From: Azolla caroliniana
Lineage: Eukaryota > Plantae > Polypodiophyta
DNA length: 64,000 nt
Reading direction: 5' to 3'
Assembly: GCA_043228905.1 (NCBI GenBank)
Contig: JBHGNT010000014.1
Location: 9,238,001 to 9,302,000, forward strand
Shown: piece by piece, positions 62,161 through 64,000 of the stretch
How positions within the stretch are numbered: the stretch's first letter is position 1
Layout: each line of letters opens with the position of its first letter
Notes under the pieces: generated by a model
Database searches by the model: none
Told to the model about the DNA's origin: nothing
What the model saw: the letters and a program-made list of their open reading frames with translations, nothing else
Translations under genes and position numbers: made by a program

Positions 62161-64000
62161 TGTTGAGATACAAGCTCAACATTGGCCGGATCGGTTGTGC
62201 AAGCCGACAACCGGATCGGTTGGGATCAATCGGTTAGGCCAGACCAGTGCGAGAACTGGATGCGTAAACTGGTGCGCAGACCGGTACGCAACGAGAAGCC
62301 GTAGTGGTGCATAAACCGCGAGGCCGTTGGGAAGATATTCCGTGGAGGAATACATTTTGGGAGTTAGTGTAGAGCTCACTTATGAGCATTGAAGTACGTA
62401 TCAGTACTTCTGTCAGTCCGTATGGACTTGTATAAAAAGTGCTCACTGAGCACATCCTATGTACAGATTGAGTATTATTTTGTAATCGAGTTTCTGTGTA
62501 TTCTCTCTTTGTCTCTCCCGCGTACTGTTTACATTCAAGCTCTTTATTAAACCTACGTGTTTTCTGTGTTTGGTTTCTACTTGCTTCCGCACATAATCTT
62601 TCACATGGTATCAGAGCGCGAGGGTTGAGAACCTCTGCAGCCAACATAGCTTGAAAAGAAAAACCAACCAAGAAGAATAGGTAAAACCGATGGATATAGG
62701 CATGGCTACCTCGCTTCCGACGGAGAAGCTCAACAGAAACAACTATGCATCTTGGTCCTATAAGATGCACCAGTACCTGCTCGGGCTTGGTTACTGGAGC
62801 TATCTCGACGGAGCAAATGACACAGCACCCGAATCAACACACAAAGATTTCCCGGTGTGAGAACAGTCGGCTAGCAGAGTACTATACTGCTTTGCGTCTT
62901 GTGTGGGCAGACAGCTCCTAAGCTACATTCCGGATGCAAAAATACCGAAGGATGCTTGGGGAAATCTGAAGAAGATTTTCGCCGCAAGCACTACAGCCAG
63001 GAAGCTTCAACTCTGACAGGAGCTGAGCAACCTACGACAACGCGACTTGTCGGTGACCGATTACACCTCGAAGATCAAAGATATATGTGATTCTTTAGCC
63101 TCCATCGATTTCAACGTCGAGGAAGGCAAGATGGTACAGATCTGTCTTGGGGGACTGGCATCGAAGTTCGGAGCATTCCGAACTGCTGTGTGTACACGGG
63201 AGAATACATCGTCATTTTTTGACCTACAGTCGATGCTCCTTATAGAGGAAAACCATGCGGGTGCGTCGACGAGCACGCAAGCCGACAGCAAGATGTTGTA
63301 CACGGGGGGAGATAAGCCCCGTGGTCATGGCGGACGAGGAAAGTCAGTGCGCAATGGAGGCGGCCGACAGGATCAAGGAAGAAGGCACCGAATGATATCG
63401 ACAACAATTCCAGACTCTCCGAAAACAAGGGAAGTCGAGGCGACGAGAACCGGCATGGGAAATTCGTCGTGGAATGCTGGTACTGTGGCAAGAAAGGCCA
63501 CAAGGAGAGCGAGTGCTGGAAAATGTGCGCCGATTCGGAGAGAACCGGGTCCGAATTAGGTTCCGGACAGATCGACAAGGGTAATTGGCAGTGATCACAC
63601 TACGCCGAAGGAACTGAAAAAGGCTCAGTCTTCGTGACGAGACACGAAGCAAACTCGATGAAGAAGATCACCCCAAAGTTGAAAGCGGTGTGGTACATCA
63701 ACTCCGGCACGTCAAACCACATCACGTGGCACAAGGAGTGGTTCTTGTACCTGGAAAAACCAATGCAACTGGGAGTAGTCGCAACCGGAGACGACACTCC
63801 GCATCCGATCGCGAATGTCGGTGAAGTTCCCTTGAGCCATGTTGGGCAGTAAGGGAAACTCATGAACGTGTTACACGTGCCGACAATCACGAAGAACTTG
63901 GTGTCGGTCAGACAGATCGTTGACCAGGGAATGCCAGTCCGGTTCACGCATCTAGGGTGCTTCATCGAGGAAGAAGGCCGAGTTATTGCGCAAGGGCACA
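62161..64000 (+). mobile_element. Ty1/Copia element: 5' LTR 62161-62605, PBS-Met 62606-62617, degenerate gag-PR running off the window
   Basis: TGTTGAG start; TGGTATCAGAGC; NYASWSYKMHQYL; CWYCGKKGHKESEC; WYINSGTSNH. Related to the Copia at 13393. Confidence 0.92.

Overview
This window is eukaryotic heterochromatin-type DNA with no recognisable host housekeeping gene. The element types (Tcn1-like chromoviruses, tRNA-Trp-primed Phygy-like Gypsy elements) suggest a non-seed land plant, probably a moss; this is an inference. It is an almost continuous nest of transposons. 1-~10.9 kb: a degenerate Sola-like DD(D) DNA transposon with a divergent spliced companion gene, whose intron holds a ~51-bp palindrome array; a very young intact Tcn1-like element (3015-8769) interrupts the transposase. 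10.9-41 kb: a stack of Copia, Phygy-like and Tcn1-like elements nested up to six deep. 41-64 kb: older Gypsy and Copia remnants plus a TG/TA microsatellite field. The most striking unexplained pattern is a tRNA-derived Pol III-type module (A-box, AGGT variable-loop remnant, B-box, at tRNA spacing, often with a T-run terminator). It lies antisense in the U3 of LTRs from eight elements in two unrelated Gypsy lineages. Other signals: ACGT-specific 4-bp target sites for the Trp-primed lineage, Tf1-style self-priming, two conserved -1 frameshift cassettes, and templated-filler deletion scars. All calls come from reading the sequence by eye. Family names rest on remembered motifs, not database searches.
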